A stretch of 32,000 bases of DNA from Nonlabens ponticola (GCF_003966335.1 NZ_CP034549.1:1380001-1412000); one strand, 5' to 3'. Shown: positions 17,898-27,078, counted from the first letter of the stretch. Made by a program: numbers and translations. The notes: generated by a model not told the origin, from the letters alone.

Positions 17898-19150
17898 TCG
17901 CGACCATCATTACCATAGGTGATGAAATCCTTATAGGTCAAATTGTCGATACTAATTCTGCATGGATGGCTCGAGAGCTTAATCGTGTTGGGGTTTCAGT
18001 TCTTGAGATCATGTCTATTAGTGATGATGAGGATCATATAGTTTCAGCTTTCGCGAAAGCGGAACAACAATCAGACATCGTTCTAGTCACCGGCGGATTG
18101 GGACCTACCAAAGACGACGTTACCAAGACTGCTTTATGCACATATTTTCAAGATGAGCTGGTACTTGACGAGGCTACCTTGCAACACGTCAAAGATCTGT
18201 TTGCCAAATATGTAAAAGACAAATTGTTGCCCGCTAATGAGACGCAGGCGATGCTACCGTCAAAAGCCACGATTTTAAAAAATGAATACGGCACCGCACC
18301 TGGAATGTTGTTGGTGAATAATGACACCACGTTTGTATCCATGCCAGGTGTGCCCTTTGAGATGAAGGCGTTGATGATCAATCACGTGATACCTTATATA
18401 GTAGAAAAAGGTGAGTTACCTTATATATATCACAGGACGATCTTGACAGCTGGACAAGGTGAGAGTACCATCGCGCACAGGATTGAGCAATGGGAAAACT
18501 TATTGCCAAGTCATGTAAGCCTTGCATATTTGCCTAGTTTAGGATCTGTAAGACTGCGATTGTCGTGCAAAGGAATGGACAAGGAACAGGTAACTCGCGA
18601 TGTTGATGCGCAGGTGGATCAATTGTATGGATTGTTAGCAGATATTATAGTAGGCGAGAGCAACGACGAGACACTTTCACAACAGATAAGTGCCTTGTTT
18701 AAGAGTCAAGAAAAAACACTTGCCGTTGCAGAAAGTTGTACCGGCGGCCAAATCGCGCAACAATTGACACAACATCCAGGCGCGTCACAATTTTTCAAAG
18801 GAGCTTCTGTCACCTATGCAACCCAGTCAAAAGTGGATTTGCTAGACGTAGATCAAGCCTTGATAGATAAATATAGTGTGGTGAGTGAAGAAGTTGCTAT
18901 TGCCATGGCAATAGGTGCGAGAAAAAAATTTAAGGCAGACGTTGCTGTTTCTACCACAGGTAACGCTGGTCCAGATAAGGGCGATAGTGATGTAGCCGTA
19001 GGAACTGTTTGTATAGGTATTGCTACTGGTGATCAACAATATGCTCTCAAATTCATGATGGGAAATCATAGAGAACGTGTGATTCAAAAAACAGTCAATA
19101 AGTCGATGGAACTATTGCAAAAAGAATTATTAAAAAAGGCAGTAATTTAG
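17894..19150 (+). CDS. cinA: CinA family protein (competence/damage-inducible protein A; MoCF-binding N-domain plus nicotinamide-nucleotide amidohydrolase PncC-like C-domain)
   Basis: 418 aa. The N-terminus reads IITIGDEILIGQIVDTNSAWMA...VTGGLGPTKDDVTK. The C-domain reads LAVAESCTGGQIAQQLT...STTGNAGP. Confidence 0.9.
   Translation: MIATIITIGDEILIGQIVDTNSAWMARELNRVGVSVLEIMSISDDEDHIVSAFAKAEQQSDIVLVTGGLGPTKDDVTKTALCTYFQDELVLDEATLQHVKDLFAKYVKDKLLPANETQAMLPSKATILKNEYGTAPGMLLVNNDTTFVSMPGVPFEMKALMINHVIPYIVEKGELPYIYHRTILTAGQGESTIAHRIEQWENLLPSHVSLAYLPSLGSVRLRLSCKGMDKEQVTRDVDAQVDQLYGLLADIIVGESNDETLSQQISALFKSQEKTLAVAESCTGGQIAQQLTQHPGASQFFKGASVTYATQSKVDLLDVDQALIDKYSVVSEEVAIAMAIGARKKFKADVAVSTTGNAGPDKGDSDVAVGTVCIGIATGDQQYALKFMMGNHRERVIQKTVNKSMELLQKELLKKAVI
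18047..18060. repeat. GCTTTCGCGAAAGC palindrome copy
   Basis: Exact 14-mer inside cinA, translated SAFAKA. The 22-nt GCTTTCGCGAAAGCGGAACAAC (18047-18068) is identical to the reverse complement of 6148-6169. Confidence 0.95.
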
Positions 19151-19209
19151 ATTTGTGGGATTGAATTAATATTCGTTATTTTGCAGTCCGATTTTAAACA
19201 CAGATAATC

Positions 19210-19449
19210 ATGTCACGAGTTTGTGAACTTACTGGTAAGAGAGCGATGTCGGGAAACAATGTTTCTCACGCGATGAATAAGACTAAGCGTCGTTTTAACG
19301 TGAACCTTTTCAAGAAGCGTTTTTACCTACCTGAAGAAGATAAGTGGATCACACTACGTGTATCTGCAAGAGCGATAAAGAACATCAATAAAAAGGGAAT
19401 TACCCAAGTTGTGAAAGAAGCACGTGCAAACGGCATCTTGAGCAAGTAA
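19210..19449 (+). CDS. rpmB: 50S ribosomal protein L28
   Basis: 79 aa. [33 protein letters not shown] is the canonical bL28 N-terminus. Confidence 0.95.
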   Translation: MSRVCELTGKRAMSGNNVSHAMNKTKRRFNVNLFKKRFYLPEEDKWITLRVSARAIKNINKKGITQVVKEARANGILSK

Positions 19450-19470
19450 TTCTATTTAATACATTACAAG

Positions 19471-19653
19471 ATGGCAAAGAAAGGAAATAGAATTCAAGTA
19501 ATCCTTGAATGTACTGAGCATAAAGAGACTGGTAAGCCAGGAACTTCTCGTTACATCACTACTAAGAATAAAAAGAATACGCCAGACCGCCTGGAATTGA
19601 AGAAATTCAACCCAGTATTGAAGCGTATGACTGTTCATAAAGAAATTAAATAA
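19471..19653 (+). CDS. rpmG: 50S ribosomal protein L33
   Basis: 60 aa. [48 protein letters not shown] is the canonical bL33 sequence. Confidence 0.95.
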   Translation: MAKKGNRIQVILECTEHKETGKPGTSRYITTKNKKNTPDRLELKKFNPVLKRMTVHKEIK

Positions 19654-19659
19654 TAAGAC

Positions 19660-19812
19660 ATGGCAAAGAAATCAGTAGCAACCCTACAAACTGGGTCAAA
19701 GAGATTAACTAAAGCCATTAAGATGGTTAAGTCACCTAAAACTGGTGCCTACACATTTGTGAGTGCTATCATGGCTCCAGAATTAGTAAACGACTTCTTG
19801 AACAAGAAGTAA
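19660..19812 (+). CDS. DUF4295-like small basic protein (50 aa)
   Basis: Below the track cutoff. Hand translation gives MAKKSVATLQTGSKRLTKAIKMVKSPKTGAYTFVSAIMAPELVNDFLNKK. It starts 6 nt after the rpmG stop and is followed by a strong terminator. The rpmB-rpmG-DUF4295 order is a conserved Bacteroidetes arrangement. Confidence 0.7.
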   Translation: MAKKSVATLQTGSKRLTKAIKMVKSPKTGAYTFVSAIMAPELVNDFLNKK

Positions 19813-19831
19813 GTTGGTTAGTTAAGATGAT

Positions 19832-19865
19832 AAGACCGCGTTGCGATAGCAGCGCGGTCTTTTTT
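19832..19865 (+). terminator. Rho-independent terminator of the rpmB-rpmG-DUF4295 operon
   Basis: AAGACCGCGTTGC-GATA-GCAGCGCGGTCTT forms a 13-bp stem including one G-U pair, followed directly by a T-run. Confidence 0.85.
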
Positions 19866-19951
19866 GTTTAATGATCGCGCATAACCAGCGATGCTTATAG
19901 CCCTGATTATTAAAGTTCACTTGACTAACTTTACAGCACCAACGATAAACT

Positions 19952-20905
19952 ATGAGTTTTTTTAAAAACATATTTAATAAAGAGAAAAAGGAGACCCTTG
20001 ATAAGGGTCTTGAGAAGTCCAAAAATAGTTTTCTCGACAAGCTAGGAAAGGCAGTTGCAGGTAAGTCCAAAGTTGACGATGACCTACTCGATGATCTTGA
20101 AGATGTACTGGTTTCAAGTGATGTAGGCGTTGCCACAACCATCAAAGTCATCAATAGGATTGAAGAGCGAGTTGCAAGAGATAAATATCTAGGAACCGAA
20201 GAGCTCAATAAAATACTGCGTGAGGAAATTGCAGGATTGCTAAGCGAGGTAAATAGCGGCAACGCTACGGAATTCTCCATACCAGAGACCAAAGGACCTT
20301 ATGTAATCATGATTGTAGGCGTCAATGGTGTTGGTAAAACGACAACCATAGGTAAGCTGGCACATCAATTTAAGAAAGCTGGTAAAAAAGTAGTATTAGG
20401 AGCTGGCGATACCTTTAGAGCGGCAGCGGTGGATCAATTACAGATTTGGGCAGATAGAGTAGGCGTCGATATCGTCAAGCAAAAGATGGGAAGCGATCCA
20501 GCTAGCGTCGCATACGACACCTTGCAGAGTGCTGTCGCAAACAATGCCGATGTGGTATTGCTAGACACGGCAGGAAGACTACATAACAAGATCAACTTGA
20601 TGAATGAGCTTACTAAAATCAAGCGCGTCATGGATAAAGTTATCCCAGAAGCACCGCACGATGTCATGCTGGTACTCGATGGTTCTACGGGACAAAATGC
20701 CTTTGAACAGGCAAAACAATTTACTGCTGCAACCGAAGTAAGCTCACTGGCGATTACTAAATTGGATGGTACTGCCAAAGGTGGTGTCGTCATAGGAATA
20801 TCAGATCAATTCCAGATTCCTGTGAAATATATAGGAGTAGGTGAAGGCATGGAAGACCTGCAGGTATTCAATAAAATTGAATTTGTTGACAGCTTCTTTA
20901 ATTAG
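19952..20905 (+). CDS. ftsY: Signal recognition particle receptor FtsY
   Basis: 317 aa. SRP GTPase motifs are present: IVGVNGVGKTTTIGKLA, DTAGRL, TKLDGTAKGG and YIGVGE. Confidence 0.95.
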   Translation: MSFFKNIFNKEKKETLDKGLEKSKNSFLDKLGKAVAGKSKVDDDLLDDLEDVLVSSDVGVATTIKVINRIEERVARDKYLGTEELNKILREEIAGLLSEVNSGNATEFSIPETKGPYVIMIVGVNGVGKTTTIGKLAHQFKKAGKKVVLGAGDTFRAAAVDQLQIWADRVGVDIVKQKMGSDPASVAYDTLQSAVANNADVVLLDTAGRLHNKINLMNELTKIKRVMDKVIPEAPHDVMLVLDGSTGQNAFEQAKQFTAATEVSSLAITKLDGTAKGGVVIGISDQFQIPVKYIGVGEGMEDLQVFNKIEFVDSFFN

Positions 20906-20923
20906 ACTGCATAAACTTGACAT

Positions 20924-20970
20924 AAAACTCTCTGCTAGCGACGAGCCTGTGCAGAGAGTTTTCTATTTTT
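20924..20970 (+). terminator. Probable rho-independent terminator of ftsY
   Basis: AAAACTCTCTGC (20924-20935) pairs with GCAGAGAGTTTT (20951-20962) around a 15-nt loop, followed by CTATTTTT. Confidence 0.55.
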
Positions 20971-20986
20971 AGATAAATTAATTTCT

Positions 20987-22654
20987 ATGAGATTTTTGTA
21001 CTTATTTCTATTCGTTTTTATTGTTGCCTGTGGCCCATCTCAAAATGCTACCACGCAAGAAAATAATGGGGAACAAGAAGCCAAGGCTTCTCAAGAGCCT
21101 AAGGAGCTAGAAGAAATGGATTTCAAGGTACTGGATTCTAAATACATCACTAGAGATGATGTTTTTGCAGTTTTGAAGGCTGATGTGTTACGCTTTCGCG
21201 AAAGCTCGCCTAGCGGTAATCGCAAGAAAGACGAAATGAACGAGTACGTACTCGAGAAAACCATACCTGAAATACAAAGCGCGATTTATGAGAATAAATT
21301 TACCTATAGGGATCTAGCATTGTTTTATCTGGATAGGATTTATCGCTATGACCGCAATAACGAGCTTTCCTTAAACAGTGTCATCTCACTTAATCCTAAG
21401 GTCTTAGAACAAGCAACTGCTGCGGATAAGCGCATGGATCAAATGAAATCCTATGGCGAGTCCTTCAATCCATATACGATCACAGGTATGCCTATCCTAT
21501 TAAAGGATAACATCAATACGGCCGACATGCCAACGACTGCTGGCGCTGCAACATTGATGGAAAATCAAACAAGAGATGCACAGATAGTGACCAATTTGAA
21601 AGATGCCGGTGCGATTATTTTAGGGAAGGCCAACTTGAGCGAATGGGCATATTTTTTCTGTGGAGATTGCCCAAGCGGCTACAGCGCTGTCGGTGGTCAA
21701 ACATTAAGTCCCTATAAACGCAAGTTTATTGATACAGGTGGATCGAGTAGTGGTAGCGGTGTTAGTGTCGCTGCAAATCTAGCGGTTGCCGCGGTAGGAT
21801 CAGAGACAAGTGGATCTATACTGTCACCTAGTTCTCAAAATTCTGTGGTTGGGTTCAAGCCTAAAGTGGGTACTTTATCTGGTGACGGCATCGTGCCTAT
21901 TTCCAGTTATCTTGATACTGCTGGCCCGATGGCAAAAAGTGTAATAGATGCGGCTATACTTATGCAAGCGCTAACTGGTGATACGTCAAATGCTTTTATT
22001 GACAATACGTTACTTAAAAAACTTGATGAAGCTAGTTTGAAGGGTAGAAGATTTGGTATTTTCCCAGACTTTAAATCAAATCCATTGTATGCAAAAGCCA
22101 TTCAAGATGTTAAGAATCTGGGTGGTGTCATCGTTGAATTGCCTGCACGAGAAGTGCAACTCAATAATTTCTTGACGGTCTTGAATGCAGATATGCGTCA
22201 AGATTTACCGGCTTATTTTAAGGAAAGTGCAAATAAGAAATACAATGGTTGGGATGTTGGTAAGGTAATGATGGAGAATCGCAAGGACAGTATCAATGCC
22301 ATGCCTTATGGGCAAAGACTTTTTCAAGGAATCATGGACGAGAAAGAAATGACTGATGCTGAATTCCTTGCCGTCAAAAATAATATTACGGCAAACGCAC
22401 AAAATTATTTTGATAGCTATATAAATGATTATGGACTGGATGGTTTTTTATCCATCAATAATTACAGTGCAGGAATAGCAGCGGTAGGATTTTATCCTGC
22501 ATTGACTGTACCTATGGGTTATGACTTGAATGGTGTTCCCTATGGATTGACTTTTATAACTAAGGATGATTTGTCCCGACAGCTATTCGTATGGGCAGCA
22601 GCTTATGAAAACGCTTATCCTAAAAGAAAGATACCTTCTAATTATACCAAATAA
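20987..22654 (+). CDS. Amidase-signature (AS) family amidase, probable lipoprotein
   Basis: 555 aa with a lipoprotein-type signal (LFVFIVAC). AS motifs are present: ILLKDNINT (Lys), GGSSSGSGVSVAANLAVAAVGSETSGSILSPS (cis-Ser/Ser). Confidence 0.85.
   Translation: MRFLYLFLFVFIVACGPSQNATTQENNGEQEAKASQEPKELEEMDFKVLDSKYITRDDVFAVLKADVLRFRESSPSGNRKKDEMNEYVLEKTIPEIQSAIYENKFTYRDLALFYLDRIYRYDRNNELSLNSVISLNPKVLEQATAADKRMDQMKSYGESFNPYTITGMPILLKDNINTADMPTTAGAATLMENQTRDAQIVTNLKDAGAIILGKANLSEWAYFFCGDCPSGYSAVGGQTLSPYKRKFIDTGGSSSGSGVSVAANLAVAAVGSETSGSILSPSSQNSVVGFKPKVGTLSGDGIVPISSYLDTAGPMAKSVIDAAILMQALTGDTSNAFIDNTLLKKLDEASLKGRRFGIFPDFKSNPLYAKAIQDVKNLGGVIVELPAREVQLNNFLTVLNADMRQDLPAYFKESANKKYNGWDVGKVMMENRKDSINAMPYGQRLFQGIMDEKEMTDAEFLAVKNNITANAQNYFDSYINDYGLDGFLSINNYSAGIAAVGFYPALTVPMGYDLNGVPYGLTFITKDDLSRQLFVWAAAYENAYPKRKIPSNYTK
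21192..21205. repeat. GCTTTCGCGAAAGC palindrome copy
   Basis: Exact 14-mer inside the amidase CDS, translated RFRES. The reverse-complement flank is GTAACAC. Confidence 0.95.
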
Positions 22655-22657
22655 GCA

Positions 22658-22987
22658 TTGAACACCACAGATAAAAAACCACCCTTGTTTACAGATAAAA
22701 GTCTGGGCATTTTTACGAGAGTGCTGGTGATTTACGCAGCGTTTTTCATCCTAGTTGTGGTGGCAAAAAGTATAAGTGACCCTGTAAGCGATAATTCTCT
22801 AGCACCAGCAAATGGCTACTTGCCATCCTATGTGATTGCAGGCGTTCACTTTGTATTGCTAATGATCAATGGAGCCATGATTGTTCTCAAGCGATACAAT
22901 TGGTTGATACCTTCTATCAGTGCTATCATTATGCTGTTGTGCCGCATCTATTTTCAAGATCTCTCATTGTGGATATGGAGTTGGTGA
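22658..22987 (+). CDS. Hypothetical small integral membrane protein (about 3 predicted TM segments)
   Basis: 109-aa ORF with a TTG start 4 nt after the amidase stop. It has hydrophobic stretches VLVIYAAFFILVVV, YVIAGVHFVLLMINGAMIVL and LIPSISAIIMLL. No recognisable family. Confidence 0.45.
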   Translation: MNTTDKKPPLFTDKSLGIFTRVLVIYAAFFILVVVAKSISDPVSDNSLAPANGYLPSYVIAGVHFVLLMINGAMIVLKRYNWLIPSISAIIMLLCRIYFQDLSLWIWSW

Positions 22988-23015
22988 TATAAAAGATAGT
23001 TATCTCTTCAAGTAA

Positions 23016-23040
23016 AAAGCCACTCAGATTGAGTGGCTTT
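23016..23040. terminator. Bidirectional stem-loop between convergent genes
   Basis: AAAGCCACTC-AGATT-GAGTGGCTTT forms a 10-bp stem flanked by an A-run on the left and a T-rich run on the right. It could serve both 22658-22987 (+) and 23063-24283 (-). Confidence 0.7.
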
Positions 23041-23062
23041 CTTTCTATTTAGTAATATTTGA

Positions 23063-24283
23063 TTAGAATAATCGATAGCCTACCATGACGTTAAACGTGG
23101 ATAGGTTGATGTCAAAGCCAAAGTTTCTAAAGCTCGTGTCAGTATAAAATTGATATTGAGCTACCGCACTCACTTTTCTATTAAATTCTATACCTACTGA
23201 CGGTTGCACCACAAATTGATTAGAAATATCACTCACGATATTCACACTAGGATCAATGGCATAAATTTTACTATCGCCACTCGATACTTTATATCCTACG
23301 GACAGTCCTGGAAAAATTGAAAGTTTATCATTGGCATATAAGTAAGTTCTCGCACCTAGCATTGCATCGATCGATTGATATTCAAAAGACGTAATCTTTC
23401 CTGAAACATTACCATCAATTTGCTCTTGTGATAATTCAGTGGACGACCCTGCCGTGTAAAACAACTCTCCTATTATTGACCAGGTATAGTTTATTCGATC
23501 TAGACTAAACTCAGCTATGCCGCCTACACGCAGTGCTGTGTTGCTAGGATCGTCAAAACCGTCAAAGCGATCAGCAGTTGGATCTAAATTTGCATAACTG
23601 AAGCCTACTCCAGCCATTGCAGTTGCGGAGAATGGTTTGAAGTTAAATCTCTGTTTAAAGATTTTACTATTGCTACCTTGACAATCATTGTAACGTTGTA
23701 TGTAATCTTTTAAATCATTCTCATTGTAACTAGTTTCTGATAAAACCTTAAAATCATTTTTATTACACTTTAAATATTCATTGAGTATAGCTCGATATGT
23801 GGCTACATTTTTAACAACATTATCGGTTGTCATATATTTTTTAAAGGGCAGTAAAACAATACTGCTGGTGTCATTTTTAATATAGTATCTGGTATTATTT
23901 TCATTAGAGTGTAGATACAGATCAGCCTTACCTTGTATAATTTGCCTCAGGAAAATGGTGCTTTCTCGAGTTCTAATTTCAGAGCTATTAGTCAGCACTT
24001 CATCATTTGATAAGTCGATGGTTGTAGCGCTACTTATTAATTTAACATCGCCATTAGTCAATCCAACTTCGCGAGCGTTTTGCGGAGTGATTTTTACAGA
24101 CTCATTACCTTCCGTTGAGCTATAAAAATTGATAGCGCTAGGCGTCTTATAATTGGTACTTGAATTTATAAAACCTTGAGTTTTCACGCCTTCGGTATCA
24201 ATTACATAAGCGGGAATCCTTTGAGTTTGAGAGTTAGCTACTAATGTGATTAGACAAATGCATACGCATAATATTTTTTTCAT
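23063..24283 (-). CDS. Uncharacterised outer-membrane protein, paralogue 1 (N-terminal soluble domain plus C-terminal beta-barrel)
   Basis: 406 aa with a signal peptide (MKKILCVCICLITLVANSQ). The C-terminal half has an alternating-hydrophobicity beta-strand pattern ending in the OMP-type terminus VGYRLF. It is homologous along its full length to the upstream ORF. Confidence 0.7.
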   Translation of the reverse strand: MKKILCVCICLITLVANSQTQRIPAYVIDTEGVKTQGFINSSTNYKTPSAINFYSSTEGNESVKITPQNAREVGLTNGDVKLISSATTIDLSNDEVLTNSSEIRTRESTIFLRQIIQGKADLYLHSNENNTRYYIKNDTSSIVLLPFKKYMTTDNVVKNVATYRAILNEYLKCNKNDFKVLSETSYNENDLKDYIQRYNDCQGSNSKIFKQRFNFKPFSATAMAGVGFSYANLDPTADRFDGFDDPSNTALRVGGIAEFSLDRINYTWSIIGELFYTAGSSTELSQEQIDGNVSGKITSFEYQSIDAMLGARTYLYANDKLSIFPGLSVGYKVSSGDSKIYAIDPSVNIVSDISNQFVVQPSVGIEFNRKVSAVAQYQFYTDTSFRNFGFDINLSTFNVMVGYRLF

Positions 24284-24342
24284 GATGCTGGTTTTAGATC
24301 GTTATCTTGGATAAATCGGTAAATAAGATACCTTACACATAT

Positions 24343-25596
24343 TTAAAATATACGGTATCCTAAAGTAGCGCGTAAGCCGCTGTAGGTTGGTTCAAATATA
24401 GGCGAGCCTTTTTCATCATTTACTACAGGGACAAAATAATCAACATTAAGGCTAAATTTATTAAACAGCTCAAACCCTAATCCAATTCCAAATAATGGTC
24501 GATCGTCCAACGATTCAATCACTTCAGTAAAGCGATCTTGAAATCTGATAAATGAATCCTCTGAAGTAAAGAGGTAACCTGCCTTGGCAGATGCTTGAAG
24601 GTTTAAATTATCATTTAAGTAAAAAGATTTTATAGCGCCAAAGGTCACGTCAATACTGCTCACCTCATAATTGACTGGAACTATCACCGTACCTAAAACA
24701 GGTAGTCCATCATCAGAACCTACAACACTTCTATATGAAACCTGAGAATTTCCTTCTTTCTTGGCATTGTACCCAATTTCAGTTATTAGCGACCAACCAT
24801 TAATCGTCTTACTTATTCTTAGTTCTAATTGACCAGCCACCCTCAAACTACTACTGTTGTCAATATCAGATCCGTCAAATGAGTCAAATTGAGAATTTAC
24901 CGTTAAATATTGTGTGTCCACTCCAGCTAAAATGCGAGCAGAAAATCCTTTCAAATTTTCTTGTTGTCTCAACACACTGTAATTATTGTTCTCACATTCA
25001 TTATAAGCAACAATATATTCAATAAGATCTTCTTCTGTATAGCTCATCTCACCCATTGCTTTGAAATCAATTTTGCCACAGTTTAATTCTTCAGATAATA
25101 CACGCTTATACGGTTCATTAGTTTCCACACCCGTAGACTCTGAATTTAAGAAAATCTGATATTCGAGCAATTGCACATCATTACCTTCTTTGCTTATGTA
25201 ATAGCGCACATTATCATTGGTGCTGTATTTGTACAGGCTAGCAGGGCCATCAACAATTGTATTTAAGAATACAGTCCTATTAATAGTATTTATATCTTGT
25301 TCATTGACTAGTTGCTTATCATTTGCTTGATCTACAGGAATATTTTTGGCAATAAATTTCACTCGATTGTCTGTAGTACCATATTCCATAGTATTGCTAG
25401 GCGTCATGATAATTTTATCACCGTCAGTAGTTAAATAAAAATTTGTGGTAATAGGATTGAAGATATTTCTGGACGGCCTGATAAAACCATCAACCTTCTT
25501 ACCATTGGTTAATATTCTGTAGGCTTCTATACGATTGTTCTGTGCGATAGTTGCAGTAAGCACAAGTAAAAAAGCGATGGTTAGTTTCTGTTTCAT
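24343..25596 (-). CDS. Uncharacterised outer-membrane protein, paralogue 2
   Basis: The track ORF extends to 25626, but the start at 25596 (MKQKLTIAFLLVLTATIAQ) gives a canonical signal peptide. It ends in LGYRIF. Blocks shared with paralogue 1 (written paralogue 1/paralogue 2): RIPAY/RIEAY, GFI, NFY, FLRQII/FLNTIV, LY, RYYI, DFK, SYNENDLKDYIQRYNDC/SYTEEDLIEYIVAYNEC, FDGFD/FDGSD and LRVGG/LRVAG. Confidence 0.7.
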   Translation of the reverse strand: MKQKLTIAFLLVLTATIAQNNRIEAYRILTNGKKVDGFIRPSRNIFNPITTNFYLTTDGDKIIMTPSNTMEYGTTDNRVKFIAKNIPVDQANDKQLVNEQDINTINRTVFLNTIVDGPASLYKYSTNDNVRYYISKEGNDVQLLEYQIFLNSESTGVETNEPYKRVLSEELNCGKIDFKAMGEMSYTEEDLIEYIVAYNECENNNYSVLRQQENLKGFSARILAGVDTQYLTVNSQFDSFDGSDIDNSSSLRVAGQLELRISKTINGWSLITEIGYNAKKEGNSQVSYRSVVGSDDGLPVLGTVIVPVNYEVSSIDVTFGAIKSFYLNDNLNLQASAKAGYLFTSEDSFIRFQDRFTEVIESLDDRPLFGIGLGFELFNKFSLNVDYFVPVVNDEKGSPIFEPTYSGLRATLGYRIF

Positions 25597-25628
25597 ATTT
25601 TTTAATAGTTGCCGCAATATAACCATAC

Positions 25629-25644
25629 TGTTATGATCATAACA
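25629..25644. promoter_or_regulatory. 16-bp perfect palindrome TGTTATGATCATAACA, a candidate operator upstream of OMP paralogue 2
   Basis: Perfect inverted repeat (8+8, no spacer), 33-48 nt upstream of the ATG at 25596. It lies in the divergent spacer shared with rimO. Confidence 0.35.
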
Positions 25645-25690
25645 ATTAGTTAGTAAGGTCGTCGATTGTAATGGTATTAGTTTGTATTTC

Positions 25691-25704
25691 GCTTTCGCGA
25701 AAGC
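25691..25704. repeat. GCTTTCGCGAAAGC palindrome copy (16-bp palindrome at 25690-25705)
   Basis: Exact 14-mer in the divergent OMP/rimO spacer. The context is ATTTC-GCTTTCGCGAAAGC-GTAATCACC. Confidence 0.95.
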
Positions 25705-25746
25705 GTAATCACCACAACCACCATAACATACTACCTACATAAGTCG

Positions 25747-25754
25747 TAAATTTG
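25747..25754 (+). promoter_or_regulatory. Candidate -7 promoter box (TAAATTTG) for rimO
   Basis: Exact TAnnTTTG match. It overlaps the track's TTG start (25752) and lies 9 nt before the ATG at 25764, which supports the 25764 start. Confidence 0.4.
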
Positions 25755-25763
25755 CAGCCGCTT

Positions 25764-27068
25764 ATGAGAACAAAAACAAGAAAAAAGAACCGTATCAATG
25801 TCGTCACTCTAGGATGTTCTAAGAATGTCTATGATAGCGAGGTCTTGATGGGTCAATTGAAGGCCAGTGGTAAAGATGTGGTTCATGAGGAAGAAGGTAA
25901 TGTCGTGGTCATCAATACTTGTGGTTTTATTGATAATGCTAAGGAAGAATCTGTCAACACCATTCTTGACTTTGTCGAGCGCAAAAATCGTGGTGAGGTC
26001 GATCAGGTTTTTGTTTCAGGTTGTTTGTCAGAGCGTTACAAGCCAGACCTGCAAGAAGAGATTCCAGATGTGGATCAGTATTTTGGCACGACAGAGCTGC
26101 CATCACTTCTCAAGGCGCTGGGCGCAGATTATAAGCACGAACTCATAGGTGAGCGTGTAACAACAACACCTAAAAACTATGCCTACTTCAAGATTGCGGA
26201 AGGTTGTGATCGCCCATGTTCCTTCTGTGCGATACCGCTTATGCGTGGTGGACACAAGAGCACGCCCATAGAAAACCTAGTCATTGAGGCAGAAAAGCTT
26301 GCGTCAAATGGCGTTAAAGAATTGATACTCATTGCTCAAGATTTGACTTATTACGGTCTTGACCTTTATAAAAAACGCCGCCTAGCCGATTTACTAACTG
26401 AGCTTTGTAAAGTAGATGGTATTGAGTGGATAAGGATGCACTATGCGTTCCCAACTGGTTTCCCGACTGATGTTCTCGATGTCATGAATGCAGAGCCTAA
26501 GGTGTGTAATTACCTAGATATACCATTGCAACACATTTCCACACCAGTATTGAAGTCAATGCGACGCGGTACCACATTTGAGAAGACTAACGCGCTGCTA
26601 GAAAAATTCCGTGAGCAGGTGCCTGATATGGCGATTAGAACTACGCTTATTGTTGGTTATCCTGGTGAGACGCAAGAAGATTTTGACATCTTGAAGCAAT
26701 GGGTAATTGACCAGCGATTTGAAAGAATGGGTTGCTTTACCTATTCTCATGAAGAAAACACACATGCCTACAAACTTGAGGACGATGTTCCTGCAGATGT
26801 CAAACAAGAGCGCGCCAATGAAATTATGGAGATCCAGTCACAGATATCATGGGAACTGAATCAAGAAAAAATAGGTAAGCAGTTCAAGGTCATGATTGAC
26901 CGCAAGCGTGGCGGCTACTTTGTAGGCCGTACAGAATTTGACAGCCCAGACGTGGACAATGAAGTGCTCATCGATGCCAGCGAGCATTATTGCAGTGTTG
27001 GCGAGTTTGTAAATGTAGAAATAACTGCGGCTGAAGATTTTGATTTGTATGCGGTGCCAGTTGCCTAA
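25764..27068 (+). CDS. rimO: Ribosomal protein S12 methylthiotransferase RimO (radical SAM, MiaB family)
   Basis: The N-terminal UPF0004 cysteines are present (VVTLGCSKN, INTCGF, SGC), as is the radical-SAM CxxxCxxC (CDRPCSFCAIP). It has a C-terminal TRAM domain, and its size is typical of RimO. Confidence 0.85.
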   Translation: MRTKTRKKNRINVVTLGCSKNVYDSEVLMGQLKASGKDVVHEEEGNVVVINTCGFIDNAKEESVNTILDFVERKNRGEVDQVFVSGCLSERYKPDLQEEIPDVDQYFGTTELPSLLKALGADYKHELIGERVTTTPKNYAYFKIAEGCDRPCSFCAIPLMRGGHKSTPIENLVIEAEKLASNGVKELILIAQDLTYYGLDLYKKRRLADLLTELCKVDGIEWIRMHYAFPTGFPTDVLDVMNAEPKVCNYLDIPLQHISTPVLKSMRRGTTFEKTNALLEKFREQVPDMAIRTTLIVGYPGETQEDFDILKQWVIDQRFERMGCFTYSHEENTHAYKLEDDVPADVKQERANEIMEIQSQISWELNQEKIGKQFKVMIDRKRGGYFVGRTEFDSPDVDNEVLIDASEHYCSVGEFVNVEITAAEDFDLYAVPVA

Positions 27069-27078
27069 ATTAAGATGT

